DNA of 64,000 bases from Eledone cirrhosa (Eukaryota), in contig OZ024744.1 of assembly GCA_964016885.1 (NCBI GenBank), positions 78,926,001 through 78,990,000 of the forward strand, given 5' to 3'. The position numbers were made by a program, and so were the translations under genes. Shown here piece after piece: positions 1 to 17,940 of the stretch (positions are counted from its first letter, which is position 1; every line of letters begins with the position of its first letter). Below the pieces are notes generated by a model, which was not told the origin of the DNA, did no database searches, and saw only the letters and a program-made list of their open reading frames with translations.

Positions 1-33
1 GTATGTATATATGTATGTATATATATATGTATG

Positions 34-114
<81 letters not shown>

Positions 115-233
115 GTATATATATATATGTATATATGTATGTATATATGTATGTATATATATATGTATGTATATATATATATATGTATATATATATGTAT
201 GTATATATATATGTATGTATATATATATGTATG

Positions 234-298
<65 letters not shown>

Positions 299-813
299 GT
301 ATATATATATGTATATATATATGTACATATATATATGTATATATATATATATGTATATATATATGTATATATATATATGTATATATGTATGTATATATAT
401 ATATATGTATATATATATGTATATATATATATATGTATATATATATGTATATATATATATATGTATATATATGTATATATATGTATATATATATGTATGT
501 ATATATATATATATGTATATATATATGTATGTATATATATATATATGTATATATATATGTATGTATATATATATGTATGTATATATATATATATGTATAT
601 ATATATGTATATATATATATATATGTATATATATGTATATATATATGTATGTATATATATATATATGTATATATATATGTATGTATATATATATGTATGT
701 ATATATATATATGTATGTATATATATATGTATATATATGTATCTATATATATATATATGTATATATGTATATGTATATATATATGTATATATGTATATGT
801 ATATATGTATATG

Positions 814-850
<37 letters not shown>

Positions 851-909
851 GTATATATATATGTATATGTATATATATATGTATATATGTATATGTATAT
901 ATGTATATG

Positions 910-946
<37 letters not shown>

Positions 947-1266
947 GTATGTATATATATGTATATATGTATGTATATATGTATGTATATATATGTATAT
1001 ATGTATGTATATATATATATATATGTATATATATATGTATGTATATATATATGTATATATGTATGTATGTATATATATATGTATGTATATGTATATATAT
1101 ATGTATGTATATGTATATATGTATGTATATATATATATATATGTATATATATATGTATGTATATATATATGTATATATGTATGTATGTATATATATGTAT
1201 ATATATATGTATGTATATATATATGTATGTATATATGTATGTATATATATATGTATGTATATATAT
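1..1266. repeat. complex (TA)n/(TATG) microsatellite array
   Basis: Almost pure alternating TA with TG interruptions; the overlapping ORFs are low-complexity artefacts. Confidence 0.98.
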
Positions 1267-1874
1267 TGTCAGGTCACCAGTTGGTGCTACTGGTAACATG
1301 TATCCCAGTACAACCTGTCTCATGGTCGGGTCGTTGGCGACTAAACTGGCAACCCCACCAAGGTTTCTTGGTGAGGAGGGTGACTTTGGACATCCTGCAG
1401 GACTAAAAACAAAACCTGTCAAAGGGCAAGGGAGCTCTTAAGAGTCAATAGCCATCCAAAAGCACCGGGAGAGATGACCCCTTAGCCTTTGTCAAGGCAG
1501 AATTCTAGGAGAAGGAAAACTCTGATATAACACCTGCAACCCTGATGGTATCCAATGATGTTGACTTGTTCTTCTTTTGGTAAATATCATCTTGGTTAAG
1601 AGAGTGGGACTGGCTTTGTGCAGTGCCTTTGCTCACTATAAAAGCTTCACAGCACAGGCATTGCTTTATATCTGGAGATCTCTCTGCACTTGTCGTCACA
1701 TGGTACCTTGGGCCCTGCACTATGTGTCAATAATGGTCACAAGTGTAGTCTTTGTACCAGAGTTTTCAAGTCGCTGGCTGGACTAAAAAGTCACATTCGT
1801 TCAGCGCATCGGTAGGGGCTCTCCTACATGGATATAAAGTAGTGGCCGTACTCGAAAACGAGTTGGCAGCCACC
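1267..1874 (+). mobile_element. non-autonomous, internally deleted RTE-LINE derivative with a C2H2 finger remnant
   Basis: RTE-type 5' motif ctaggagaaggaaaactctga; encodes [26 protein letters not shown] (~1734-1815); 3' hairpin actcg-aaaa-cgagt then cagccacc and an ATGT/TA tail; near-identical copies at 39103-39554 and 39618-39831. Confidence 0.75.
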
Positions 1875-2087
1875 ATGTATATATATATGTATGTATATAT
1901 ATATATATGTATATATATATGTATGTATATATATATGTATATATGTATGTATGTATGTATATGTATATGTATATATATATGTATATATGTATGTATGTAT
2001 GTATATATATATGTATGTATGTATATATATGTATATATGTATATATATATATATGTATGTATATATATATGTATATATGTATGTATG

Positions 2088-2136
<49 letters not shown>

Positions 2137-2273
2137 GTATATGTGTATATATATGTATGTATATGTATGTATGTATATGTATGTATATATATGTATGTAT
2201 GTATATATATGTGTATATGTATGTATGTATGTATATGTATGTATGTATATATATGTATGTATGTATATGTATG

Positions 2274-2312
<39 letters not shown>

Positions 2313-2473
2313 GTATGTATATATATATATGTATGTATATGTATGTATGTATGTATGTATATATATATATGTATGTATATATATATATGTATGTATATAT
2401 ATATATGTATGTATATATATATATGTATGTATATATATATATGTATGTATGTATATATATATATATATGTACG

Positions 2474-2534
<61 letters not shown>

Positions 2535-3283
2535 ATATATATGTATGTATGTATATATATATATGTATATATATGTATGTATGTATGTATATATATATGT
2601 ATATATATGTATGTATGTATATATATATATATGTATGTATGTATATATATATATATGTATGTATGTATATATATGTATATATATGTATGTATGTATGTAT
2701 ATATATGTATATATATGTATGTATGTATATATATATATGTATATATATGTATGTATGTATATATATATATGTATATATATGTATGTATGTATGTATATAT
2801 ATATATATGTATGTATGTATATATATATATATGTATATGTATGTATGTGTATATGTATGTATGTATATATATATATGTATATGTATGTATGTATATATAT
2901 ATATGTATATGTATGTATGTATATATATATATGTATATGTATGTATGTATATATATATATGTATATGTATGTATGTATATATATATATATGTATATGTAT
3001 GTATGTATATATATATATATGTATATGTATGTATGTATATATATATATATGTATATGTATGTATGTATATATATATATATGTATATGTATGTATGTATAT
3101 ATATATATATGTATATGTATGTATGTATATATATATATATGTATATGTATGTATGTATATATATATATATATGTATATGTATGTATGTATATATATGTAT
3201 ATATATGTATGTATGTATATATATATATATGTATATATGTATGTATGTATATATGTATATATATATATATATGTATATATATG

Positions 3284-3326
<43 letters not shown>

Positions 3327-3561
3327 GTATGTATATATATATATATGTATATATATGTATGTATATATATATATATATGTATATATATGTATGTATATAT
3401 ATATATATGTATATATATGTATGTATATATATATATATGTATATATATGTATGTATGTATATATATATGTATGTATGTATGTATGTATATATATATATAT
3501 GTATGTATGTATGTATATATGTATGTATGTATGTGTATATATATATGTATGTATGTATGTG

Positions 3562-3597
<36 letters not shown>
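1875..3597. repeat. complex (TATG)/(TA)n array
   Basis: Direct inspection; starts at the 3' end of the preceding element. Confidence 0.98.
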
Positions 3598-3600
<3 letters not shown>

Positions 3601-4318
3601 AGTACAAACAATGTTTGTTAACTTATATGGTTGAACTTACAGATAAAAAGAGGTTACAAAAGGGAATGTGCCATTGCGCCGTTAAGCCGGCGAGGCTAGG
3701 GTGCAAATCTCACCGTTACATTATGCGTGTTGCTGGCTTGAAGTTTCTGGTATAAGAGAGAGATTCTTCAAATCTTCACGGGGAATTTCTTCCTCAGGGC
3801 GCGTAGGGATACATCCTCTGATTGGCTGAACTGAGCCAAATCACGCACAGAGAATGTATGTGAGCCCGCGGAATGTAGGTCACTACATCATCTCCGACCA
3901 GATTTTCAGGCGAAAATCGATAACGAAGAAACCAAGGACCCACATATTGAATCAGTACGAACAAATGCTGAAAGAGCACATCAGTGAAAAAACAATTGAG
4001 CAGAAAGATTCATGCAAGAACAAAAAAAAAAATTAGGCGCGACGGGCCGTGTTAAGCAGCTGTCAAATGACTAGCTGTTTTGTAGTTCAAACGAGACCCT
4101 CAAGGGCCTACCAGAAAACAGATAAAGTCTGACATGGGCGAAGTTGCTGTTCTTGCATTAAATGTTAATGGTAAGCGTTGTACCAGTAGCTGTGAAGGAA
4201 GCTATTATGGTAGTTTACCAGTGCTGGCGAGAAAATGATGGCCCCCAGATGTATTGTCGAATGTGCTGTGGAAAAAATGGCCGGTTGCTTTGTAAAGAAA
4301 AAAAGGCAAGTTTAATCT
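3598..4318 (-). mobile_element. probable LTR retrotransposon 3' end: 290-bp LTR (3598-3887) plus adjacent internal sequence
   Basis: Termini TGTAGT...ACTACA; on the minus strand preceded by purine-rich ggtcggagatga (PPT-like) and containing CCAAT and a TATA-like motif; no coding homology recognised. Confidence 0.55.
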
Positions 4319-5090
4319 GTATATGTATATATATATATGTATTTATAGGTATATATATATATATATATATGTATTTATATGTATATATATATATATATAT
4401 GTATTTATATGTATATATATATATATATGTATTTATATGTATGTATATATATATATTTATATGTATGTATATATATATTTATATGTATGTATATATATAT
4501 ATATATGTATTTATATGTATGTATATATATATATATATGTATTTATATGTATGTATATATGTATATATATATTTATATGTATGTATATATTTATATGTAT
4601 GTATATATGTATATATATATATGTATTTATATGTATGTATATATGTATATATATATATGTATTTATATGTATGTATATATATATATATATGTATTTATAT
4701 GTATGTATATATGTGTATATATATATATATGTATTTATATGTGTATATATATATATATATGTATTTATATGTGTATATATATATATTATGTATTTATATG
4801 TGTATATATATATATATATGTATTTATATGTGTATATATATATGTATTTATATGTGTATATATATATATATATGTATTTATATGTGGTATATATATATAT
4901 ATATGTATTTATATGTATATATATATATATATGTATTTATATATATATATATATGTATTTATATGTATATATATGTATATATATATGTATTTATATGTAT
5001 ATATGTATATATATGTATTTATATGTATATATATATATGTATTTATATGTATATATATATATATATATTATATATGTATTTATATGTATG

Positions 5091-5121
<31 letters not shown>

Positions 5122-6470
5122 GTATTTATATGTATATATATATATATATGTATTTATATGTATGTATATATATATATATGTATTTATATGTATGTATATA
5201 TATATATATATGTATTTATATGTATATATATATATATATGTATTTATATGTATATATATATATATGTATTTATATGTATGTATATATATATATATGTATT
5301 TATATGTATATATATATATATATGTATTTATATGTATGTATATATATATATATGTATTTATATGTATGTATATATATATATGTATTTATATGTATGTATA
5401 TATATATATATATGTATTTATATGTATGTATATATATATATATATGTATTTATATGTATGTATATATATATATATGTATTTATATGTATGTATATATATA
5501 TATATATGTATTTATATGTATGTATATATATATATGTATTTATATGTATGTATATATATATATGTATTTATATGTATGTATATATATATATATGTATTTG
5601 TATGTATATATATATATGTATTTATATGTATATATATATATATATATGTATTTATATGTATGTATGTATATATATATATGTATTTATATGTATATATATA
5701 TATATATGTATTTATATGTATGTATGTATATATATATATGTATTTATATGTATGTATATATATATATGTATTTATATGTATGTATATATATATATGTATT
5801 TATATGTATGTATATATATATATGTATTTATATGTATGTATATATATATATGTATTTATATGTATGTATATATATATATATATGTATGTATATATATATA
5901 TATATGTATTTATATGTATGTATATATATATATATATATATTTATATGTATGTATATATGTATATATATATATATGTATTTATATGTATGTATATATGTA
6001 TGTATATATATATATATGTATGTATATATATATGTATTTATATGTATGTATATATATATGTCTTTATATGTATGTATATATGTATATATATATATATATA
6101 TGTATGTATATATGTATATATATATATATATATGTATTTATATGTATATATATATATATATATGTATTTATATGTATATATATATATATATATGTATTTA
6201 TATGTATATATATATATATATATGTATTTATATGTATATGTATTTATATGTATTTATATGTATATATATATATATATGTATTTATATGTATGTATATATA
6301 TGTATTTATATGTATATATATATATATATGTATTTATATGTATGTATATATATGTATTTATATGTATGTATATATATATATATATATGTATATGTATGTA
6401 TGTATATATATGTATATATATATGTATATGTATGTATATGTATGTATGTATGTATATATATATATATATG

Positions 6471-6513
<43 letters not shown>

Positions 6514-6602
6514 ATGTATATATATATGTATATATATATGTGTATATATATATATATGTATATATATATGTGTATGTATATATATATGTATATATATATG
6601 TG

Positions 6603-6635
<33 letters not shown>

Positions 6636-6680
6636 GTATATATATATGTGTATATGTATATATATGTATATATATGTATA

Positions 6681-6723
<43 letters not shown>

Positions 6724-6743
6724 GTGTGTATATATATGTATAT
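4319..6743. repeat. complex TA array with a TGTATTTA variant unit
   Basis: Recurring atgtatttatatgt unit in 4.3-6.4 kb. Confidence 0.98.
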
Positions 6744-8810
6744 ATCATCATCATCAGGTTTAGCGTCCGTGTTCCACGCTTGCATGGGTTTGGACGGGGG
6801 TTTTCCCACTTGAGGCAAGAGTGGTTGTCTTGCTCGCATAGGACTGTCTGGCGGGTTTTCTACAGTTGGATGCCCTTCCTAACACCAACCACATTTACAG
6901 TGTGGGGCTGGGAGGTTTTTACCGTGTTGCCTACACGGCCACATTACAGCGTGGACTGTCTGGCGGGTTTTCTACAGCTGGATGCCCTTCCTAACACCAA
7001 CCACATTTACAGTGTGGGGCTGGGAGGTTTTTACCGTGTTGCCTACACTGCCACATTTACAGCGTGGACTGTGTGTTTTTTGTCGTGACACCTACACGAT
7101 CTCATTTGTTTCGGCCTGGATGTTCTGGGACCAACATAACTTTACATTGAAAGGGGCGGTGTGGGTGGGGTGGAGGTGGTGGGACGGGGGTGTGTTTTGA
7201 TAGAGATGCCTACTGACTGTAGTAGGTTTTTACTTTGTATTTAGGTAAGGCGGGTCTTCTCTATTACTGAGTACCGCCAAAGGTCTCGGTCCAGTGACAT
7301 TGTCTTGGAGAGGTGTAAGCGTGTGAGGTCGGAATTTATCAGCTCGTCCTATGTTTTTCTGGGTCTGCCTACTCCGTGGCTACCGTCTATCTTTATTGCC
7401 CTGCACTTTGTTATACAGCTGTCGTCTTTCATGCGCATCACGTGACCGTACCAACGTAGCCTTCTCTCGAGTAAACAACATCTGATCCCTCTTATTTCTA
7501 ATTTTTTCCTTAGTTCGTTTATGCTTTGCCGTTCACGTATATTACTATTGCACATCCAGCGGAGCATGCAAGCTTCGTTCCTCTCTAGTCTGCGTATATC
7601 CTCTGCACACAATGCCCAGGTCTCACTGCCATGCAGCATTGCTGTTCGTATGCAGGCATCGTATAACCTGCCTTTCATTTTTAGGGAGAACCCTCTAGCG
7701 GCTAATAGTGGTATAAGCTCTCTGAACTTTTTCCATCCAGTTCTGACTCTAGCTACTGTACTTTCAGAGCACCCACCCCCACTGCTGATTTTGTCACCCA
7801 GATAACGGAAGCTGTCCACTATTTCTATAGAACCCTCTGCGCAGTTGAAGGAGCTAGTATTTCGTGGGCACTTGCTGCTACTTATTGCACCAGAGCACCG
7901 GCCACATGTAAAATCTATGTTCTTAGTTAGCTTACCTGTGATCCCACTACATCTTTTATGCACCCATACTTTGCATTTGGGACATAAAATGGAGTTTCTA
8001 CCTACGCCTTTCCTACACACTGAGCATGGCCATTTCCCAGATGGGACCGCCACCTTATTTTCTTTCCTACAAACTAGAACTTTAGTCTTAGCCAGGTTAA
8101 TTTTAAGGCCTTTTGATTCTAGGCCGTGCTTCCATGTTTGGAATTTCTTCTCTAGTTCGGTCATTGATTCAGCTATGAGCGTTAGATCATCTGCGTATAG
8201 GAGTTCCCATGGGCAGCCGGTCTTGAACTCCTCTGTTATAGCCTGAAGGGCAATAATAAATAGTAGGGGGCTAAGAACAGAGCCCTGATGGACACCAACT
8301 TTTACGCTAAACTCTTCACTATATTCGTTGTTAATTCTAACCTTACTGACTGTTTCTTTATACATGGCTTGTATAGCTCTCACAAGCTATTCGTCAACAC
8401 CTAGTTTTCTAAGAGACCACCAGATAATGGAACGGGGGACTCTGTCGAAGGCTTTCTCCAAGTCGACGAAAGCTAAGTATAGGGGTTTACTTTTAGCTAG
8501 GTACTTCTCCTGTAGTTGTCGTACAATGAAAAGAGCGTCTGTGGTACTTTTGCCTGACACAAACCCGAACTGCATTTCATCTAGATCAATTCTCTCTCTG
8601 ATTAGTTGCGCTATTACTTTTTCCGTGACCTTCATGACCTGGTCGATTAATTTAATGCCTCTATAGTTACTCCTATCTAGGGCATCTCCTTTTCCCTTAT
8701 AGCAGTTAACGATGATGCTGCTACGCCATTCCTTCGGAACAACCCCATTCTGTACGACTTGGTTAACTATCCGGGTGACCATGGTGTGTCCCACCGAACC
8801 AGATGCCTTC
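6744..8810 (-). mobile_element. 5'-truncated RTE-clade LINE (RT with inserted PHD finger, 3'UTR, (ATG)n tail)
   Basis: RT motifs [44 protein letters not shown]; one frame 8810->7245 broken only by TAG at 8387-8389 and 7349-7351; tandem ~112-bp duplication in the 3'UTR. Confidence 0.95.
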
Positions 8811-8879
8811 ATATATATGTGTGTATATATATATCTATCCGGGTGACCATGGTGTGTCCCACCGAACCAGATGCCTTCA

Positions 8880-12772
<3,893 letters not shown>

Positions 12773-13965
12773 ACAGACAGAGTAGGAGACACAAGAGACA
12801 GAGAGGCACCCAAGGCAAGTGCTTCCTTAAAAGGCCACACCTGGCCGAGAATACCACCAACGCTATCCGCAAGGCTATACGGAGGTAGGGGCCTCGACAT
12901 CCATCTGGCCCACTCGGGCCCCTCCCTGCGAAGATGCCTCTCCAGGAAACCAACTGACGCATGCTCCCACAGAGACCGCTCGATGCGCCATGCGAACTGT
13001 TGCCTACACACATACGTCGTGTATAAGATAGAATGTCACAAGTACAACCAATACTATATAGGTAGCACAATCCGGCCGTTGCACATCCGGATCAAGGAAC
13101 ACACTAAAACCAGGGTCTCGTCTTTCCGGAAACACATAGCCGAATGCGGAAACAAAGACGGAAGGCCCATTGTCACAATTCTAGTGATAGAAAGAAACGT
13201 TGGCACGTTACGTATCAAGGAAGCACTTTGGATCAAACGCCTAGGGCCACAATTAAACAACCGATCCGAGAGAAGCGAAATGAGGTGGTTGGTTTAAGTT
13301 ATCAAACGATGCAGCAACACACACACAAGCAAGACAGCAACACACACACACACGCACACACACACACAGTAGCATTCCACCATACGAACATACTACACTG
13401 CCAATACAGAGGAACAAGGCAACAACACACGCACACACACACACACACAGTAACATTCACCAAACAGGCAGAGAATGGACTGACAGCTAGCGTCACCCCA
13501 CTCCCACAATTGAAAGAACTACTTCGGCCGCTGACCTCTGCTTGACCGACCCCATTTCACGCGCACGCGCGCTCTACTGAAGACCTCAGATATTCAAAAC
13601 AACGAACAGCGGAGGACACGTTTCGCACCTTTCCGACAGACACCCCCCCCCCCCATCCCCGGAAAAAACCCCAGTAGATGGATGTGTATCCGAAATATAT
13701 AGGGACAATTAAATCTCTCCCAAGGTAACTCTTTCTCGTGTTGTTATTTTTTTATCCTTTACACTCTTTCCTTCATCCTTCATTCCTCTACACGTTACAG
13801 TCTTATACACGCCACGCACTCAACGTACACCCACTTACATCTCTCTCTCCACCACCGGATCTTGTTACCAGAAGATTTACCCATCTGCATTGTTGAGGCT
13901 TCCAAACGACGTAAAGATATTTACCTTATTATTCCACAATGCTTCAAGCAAACTTCAATACTCTC
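12773..13965 (+). mobile_element. Penelope-like element 3' fragment (GIY-YIG endonuclease plus pLTR-like tail)
   Basis: [29 protein letters not shown]...[17 protein letters not shown] ends at 13297; hammerhead-shaped motif at 13669-13704. Confidence 0.88.
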
Positions 13966-14358
13966 TTATATATATACATGTATATATATAATATATATTA
14001 TATATATATAATATATATAATATGTATATAATATGTATATAATATATATGTATATATATATATAATATATATATATAATATATATATAATAATATATATA
14101 TAATATATATATATAATATATATATATAATATATATAATATATATAATATATATATATAATATATATATATAATATATATATATAATATATATAATATAT
14201 ATAAATAATATATATATATAATATATATAATATATATATATATAATATATATATATAATATATATATATATATAAATATAATATATATATATAATATATA
14301 TATATATTATATATATATAATATATATATATAATATATATAATATATATATATAATAT

Positions 14359-14392
<34 letters not shown>

Positions 14393-14432
14393 ATATATAT
14401 ATATATAATATATATAATATATATATATATAA
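13966..14432. repeat. (TA)n array with TAA interruptions
   Basis: Units such as atatatataat, with almost no G or C. Confidence 0.97.
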
Positions 14433-15130
14433 TCATCATCGTCATCATCATCATCATCATCATTTTACGTCCGCTTTTCCCTGCTTGCAAAGGTGGGACG
14501 GGTCTTATTCAGCACAGCATCTCTCCACTCGTCACGGTCCCCTCGTCATCTCCACCGTGAGCTTCAATGATCTGAGGTCTGTTCTCACCACCTCCACCCA
14601 TGTTTTTCGTGGTCTACCTCTACCACGTCTTCCTTCAACTGGTATTTCCTGGCACTTCTTCACCCATCGGTCAATTTCCATGCGCATCACATGTCCATAC
14701 CACCTCAGTCTCCTCTCCCGTACACTACATTCTATCCCTCTCAGACACAGTTTCTCTCTCAACACATTTATGCTGGGTCATTCACGCACATTTACACTGC
14801 ACATCCAACGGAGCATGCTTGCCTCATTTCTCTCCAGCCGTCGCATATCCTCTGCAGTTGCTGCCCATGTCTCGCTTCCATGCAGCATCGCGCTCCTCAC
14901 ACAGGCATCATACAACCGGCCTTTCGTATGCAGGGAGAAACCCTTCTTCGTCAACAGAGGAAGCAGCTCCCTAAACTTCTTCCAGCCCGTCCTTATTCTA
15001 GATACTATGGCCTCGGAACACCCTCCTCCCATGCTAATCTGATCTCCTAGGTACCGGAAGCTATCCACCACTTCTATAGCGCCCTCTTGCATTTGAAAAA
15101 TGTGTCTATCAGTGCGACTTCTACTGTCTA
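14433..15130 (-). mobile_element. RTE LINE 3' fragment with (ATG)n tail
   Basis: FRYLGDQISMGGGCSEA...LHGSETW...RLRWYGHVMR...RGRPRKTW. Confidence 0.92.
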
Positions 15131-15177
15131 ATATATATATATATATATACACATACATATATATATATATACACATA

Positions 15178-15932
15178 CGACCTGGGCATTGTGTGCAGAG
15201 GATATACGCAGACTAGAGAGGAACGAAGCTTGCATGCTCCGCTGGATGTGTAATAGTAATATACGTGAACGGCAAAGCATAAACGAACTAAGGAAAAAAT
15301 TAGAAATAAGAGGGATCAGATGTTGTTTACTCGAGAGAAGGCTACGTTGGTATGGTCACGTGATGCGCATGAAAGACAATAGCTGTATAACAAAGTGCAG
15401 GGCAATAAAGATAGACGGTAGCCACGGAATAGGCAGACCAGAAAAACCTGGGACGAGCTGATAAATTCCGACCTCACACACTTACACCTCTCCAAGACAA
15501 TGTCACTGGACCGAGACCTTTGGCGGTACTCAGTAATAGAGAAGACCCGCCTTACCTAAATACAAAGTAAAACCTACTACAGTCAGTAGGCATCTCTAAC
15601 AAAATACCCCCCCCCCCCCCCCCCTCCATCCACACCGCCCCTTTCAATGTAAAGTTATGTTGGTGCCACAACATCCAGGCCGAAACCAATGAGATCGTGT
15701 AGGTGTCACGACAAAAAAACACACAGTCCACGCTGTAATATGGCCGTGTAGGCAACACGGTAAAAACCTCCCAGCCCCACACTGTAAATGTGGTTGGTGT
15801 TAGGAAGGGCATCCAGCTGTAGAAAACCCGCCAGACAGTCCTATGCGAGCAAGACAATCACTCTTGCCTCAAGTGGGAAAACCCCCGTCCAAACCCATGC
15901 AAGCGTGGAACACGGACGTTAAACGTTGATGA
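15178..15932 (+). mobile_element. RTE LINE 3' fragment, near-identical to 6744-7620 in inverted orientation
   Basis: Protein CAEDIRRLERNEACMLRWMC... and a matching 3'UTR. Confidence 0.93.
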
Positions 15933-15977
15933 TATATATACACATACATATGTATATATATACACATACATATATAT

Positions 15978-16016
<39 letters not shown>

Positions 16017-16449
16017 TACATATATATATATATACACATATATACATATATATATACACACATATATACATATATATATACACACATATATACATATATA
16101 TATACACATATATATACATATATGTATATATACACATATATGTATATATACACATATATACATATACACACATATATACATATATATACATATACACATA
16201 TATACATATACACATATATATACATATGTGTATATATACACATATACATATATATATATACATATATGCACATATATACACATATATACATATATACACA
16301 TATATACATATATACACATACACACATATATACATATACACACATATATACATATACACATATATATATATACATATATATATACACACATATATATACA
16401 TATATATATATACATATATATATACACATATATATATATACATATACAC

Positions 16450-16481
<32 letters not shown>

Positions 16482-16523
16482 ACATATATATATATATACA
16501 CATATACATATATATATACACAC
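15933..16523. repeat. (TA)n/(CA) array between tail-to-tail RTE ends
   Basis: CA-rich on +, opposite polarity to most arrays in the window. Confidence 0.97.
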
Positions 16524-16770
16524 ATCATCATCATCATTTAACGTCCATCTTCCACACTTGCATGGGTTTGGACGGGAATTTTCCCACTTGAGGCAAGATT
16601 GGTTGTCTCGCTCGTATAGGACTGTCGGGCAGGTTTTCTACGGCTGGATGCCCTTCCTAACACCAACCACCTTTACAGTGTGGACTGGGAGGTCTTTATC
16701 GTGTTACCTACACGGCCACATTACAGCGTGGACTGTGTGTTTTTTTGTCCTAATACCTGCACGACCTCAT
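16524..16770 (-). mobile_element. RTE 3'UTR fragment
   Basis: Homologous to 6744-7110. Confidence 0.85.
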
Positions 16771-16852
16771 TTATTTAGGTCTGGCAGCCACAAAATGTTC
16801 AAACATAAATGATGATAGTTTCTAGTTTTATACCTAAATAGAACTTCTAGGT

Positions 16853-17082
16853 TTAACCCTTTTGATACAAAAATGCCTGAAATCACCCTTGGTTCTATGA
16901 AACAAAACTGTTTCAAATCATCCAAAAACTTTCCACAATAATTTTATGAATGAACCTTTGTTAAATGATGCTCCAAATACCAGTTTGACAATGAGAAAGT
17001 TAGTTATAATTCTTGATTTTCAAAATTATTTGAAAAACATAGGCTGTGTCTTTCATTAGGAATATGGTAATAAAAGAGTTAA
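16853..17082. mobile_element. piggyBac-type MITE, family B
   Basis: TTAA-CCCTTTTG...AAAAGAG-TTAA; related sequence at 56601-56990 and degraded copies near 45.8-46.05, 54.95-55.1, 55.5-55.7 and 63.8-64 kb. Confidence 0.65.
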
Positions 17083-17189
17083 ACATGTATAGTCAAACTT
17101 ACAAGTCAAGATCAAATGAAATCGGTATAAACAAAATCTAGCAACAAAATTAAACTTTTTTCTTGATATCAAGAGAAAAACCAACATAC

Positions 17190-17571
17190 CGTTTTGTTAA
17201 TTTTCTTTAAAGGGTTCTTAAGTTTTTTATTTATCTTCTGTTTTTTTTTGGTGGAGAATTGTGATGAGGAGGTTGAAGTTCCTGTGAAGTTGTATAATTG
17301 CGATTTGAACAACAACACTTGCGGTGCTTCTGGCATAATGAATGTTTACACACAGCGTTATTGCTATCCTTTGAAGATTGTTTCGGATTATTACAAAAAT
17401 TGGCAAACCTTACAACACTACCATTGTTGTTACGGTCCCCAGTAGTACCAAGCTGAAAGTCAGGGTTCTCTTTGGACTGTTTCTGGAGATCTTTTAGTTT
17501 CTTCTGTAGACATGCGGCTATATATTGCTGTTGAAGAATTTTAAGATCCTCTTCACTACAGCCTGTAATAG
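17190..17571 (-). CDS. candidate coding exon of an unidentified host gene
   Basis: ttcag| acceptor and ACG|gtatgt donor; non-repetitive peptide ITGCSEEDLKILQQQYIAACLQKKLKDLQKQSKENPDF...; reaches the donor only if the A9 run gains one base, otherwise stops at 17231. Confidence 0.4.
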
Positions 17572-17940
17572 CTGAAGATATATATATATATATATATACA
17601 CACACATAATCATTACCTGCATATATGAAAACATGATTCTACTTCTGTCTGGAAAGTAGCCATGTTTGATGTGCTGAAAAGGAGTATACAGGAATTCCAT
17701 ATGATATGCCCATTGCAAACTGGAATATGATGGCATTACAGCAAGGCTGACAAAGAAGGAAAACTTCATATATAGCAGATAAATAGGAGTAGTTTGCACT
17801 TAGAGCACCTATGAAATAAATTCTTTCAAGCACTTGGCCAGCTTCTCAGAAGTAGTTGATGGCTTCTGTTACCAAGGTGAAGTCATCAGTCATTAGCAGT
17901 GTTGGTGGTGGTTGTGGGTGTTCTTACAACTTAGGCAAAG

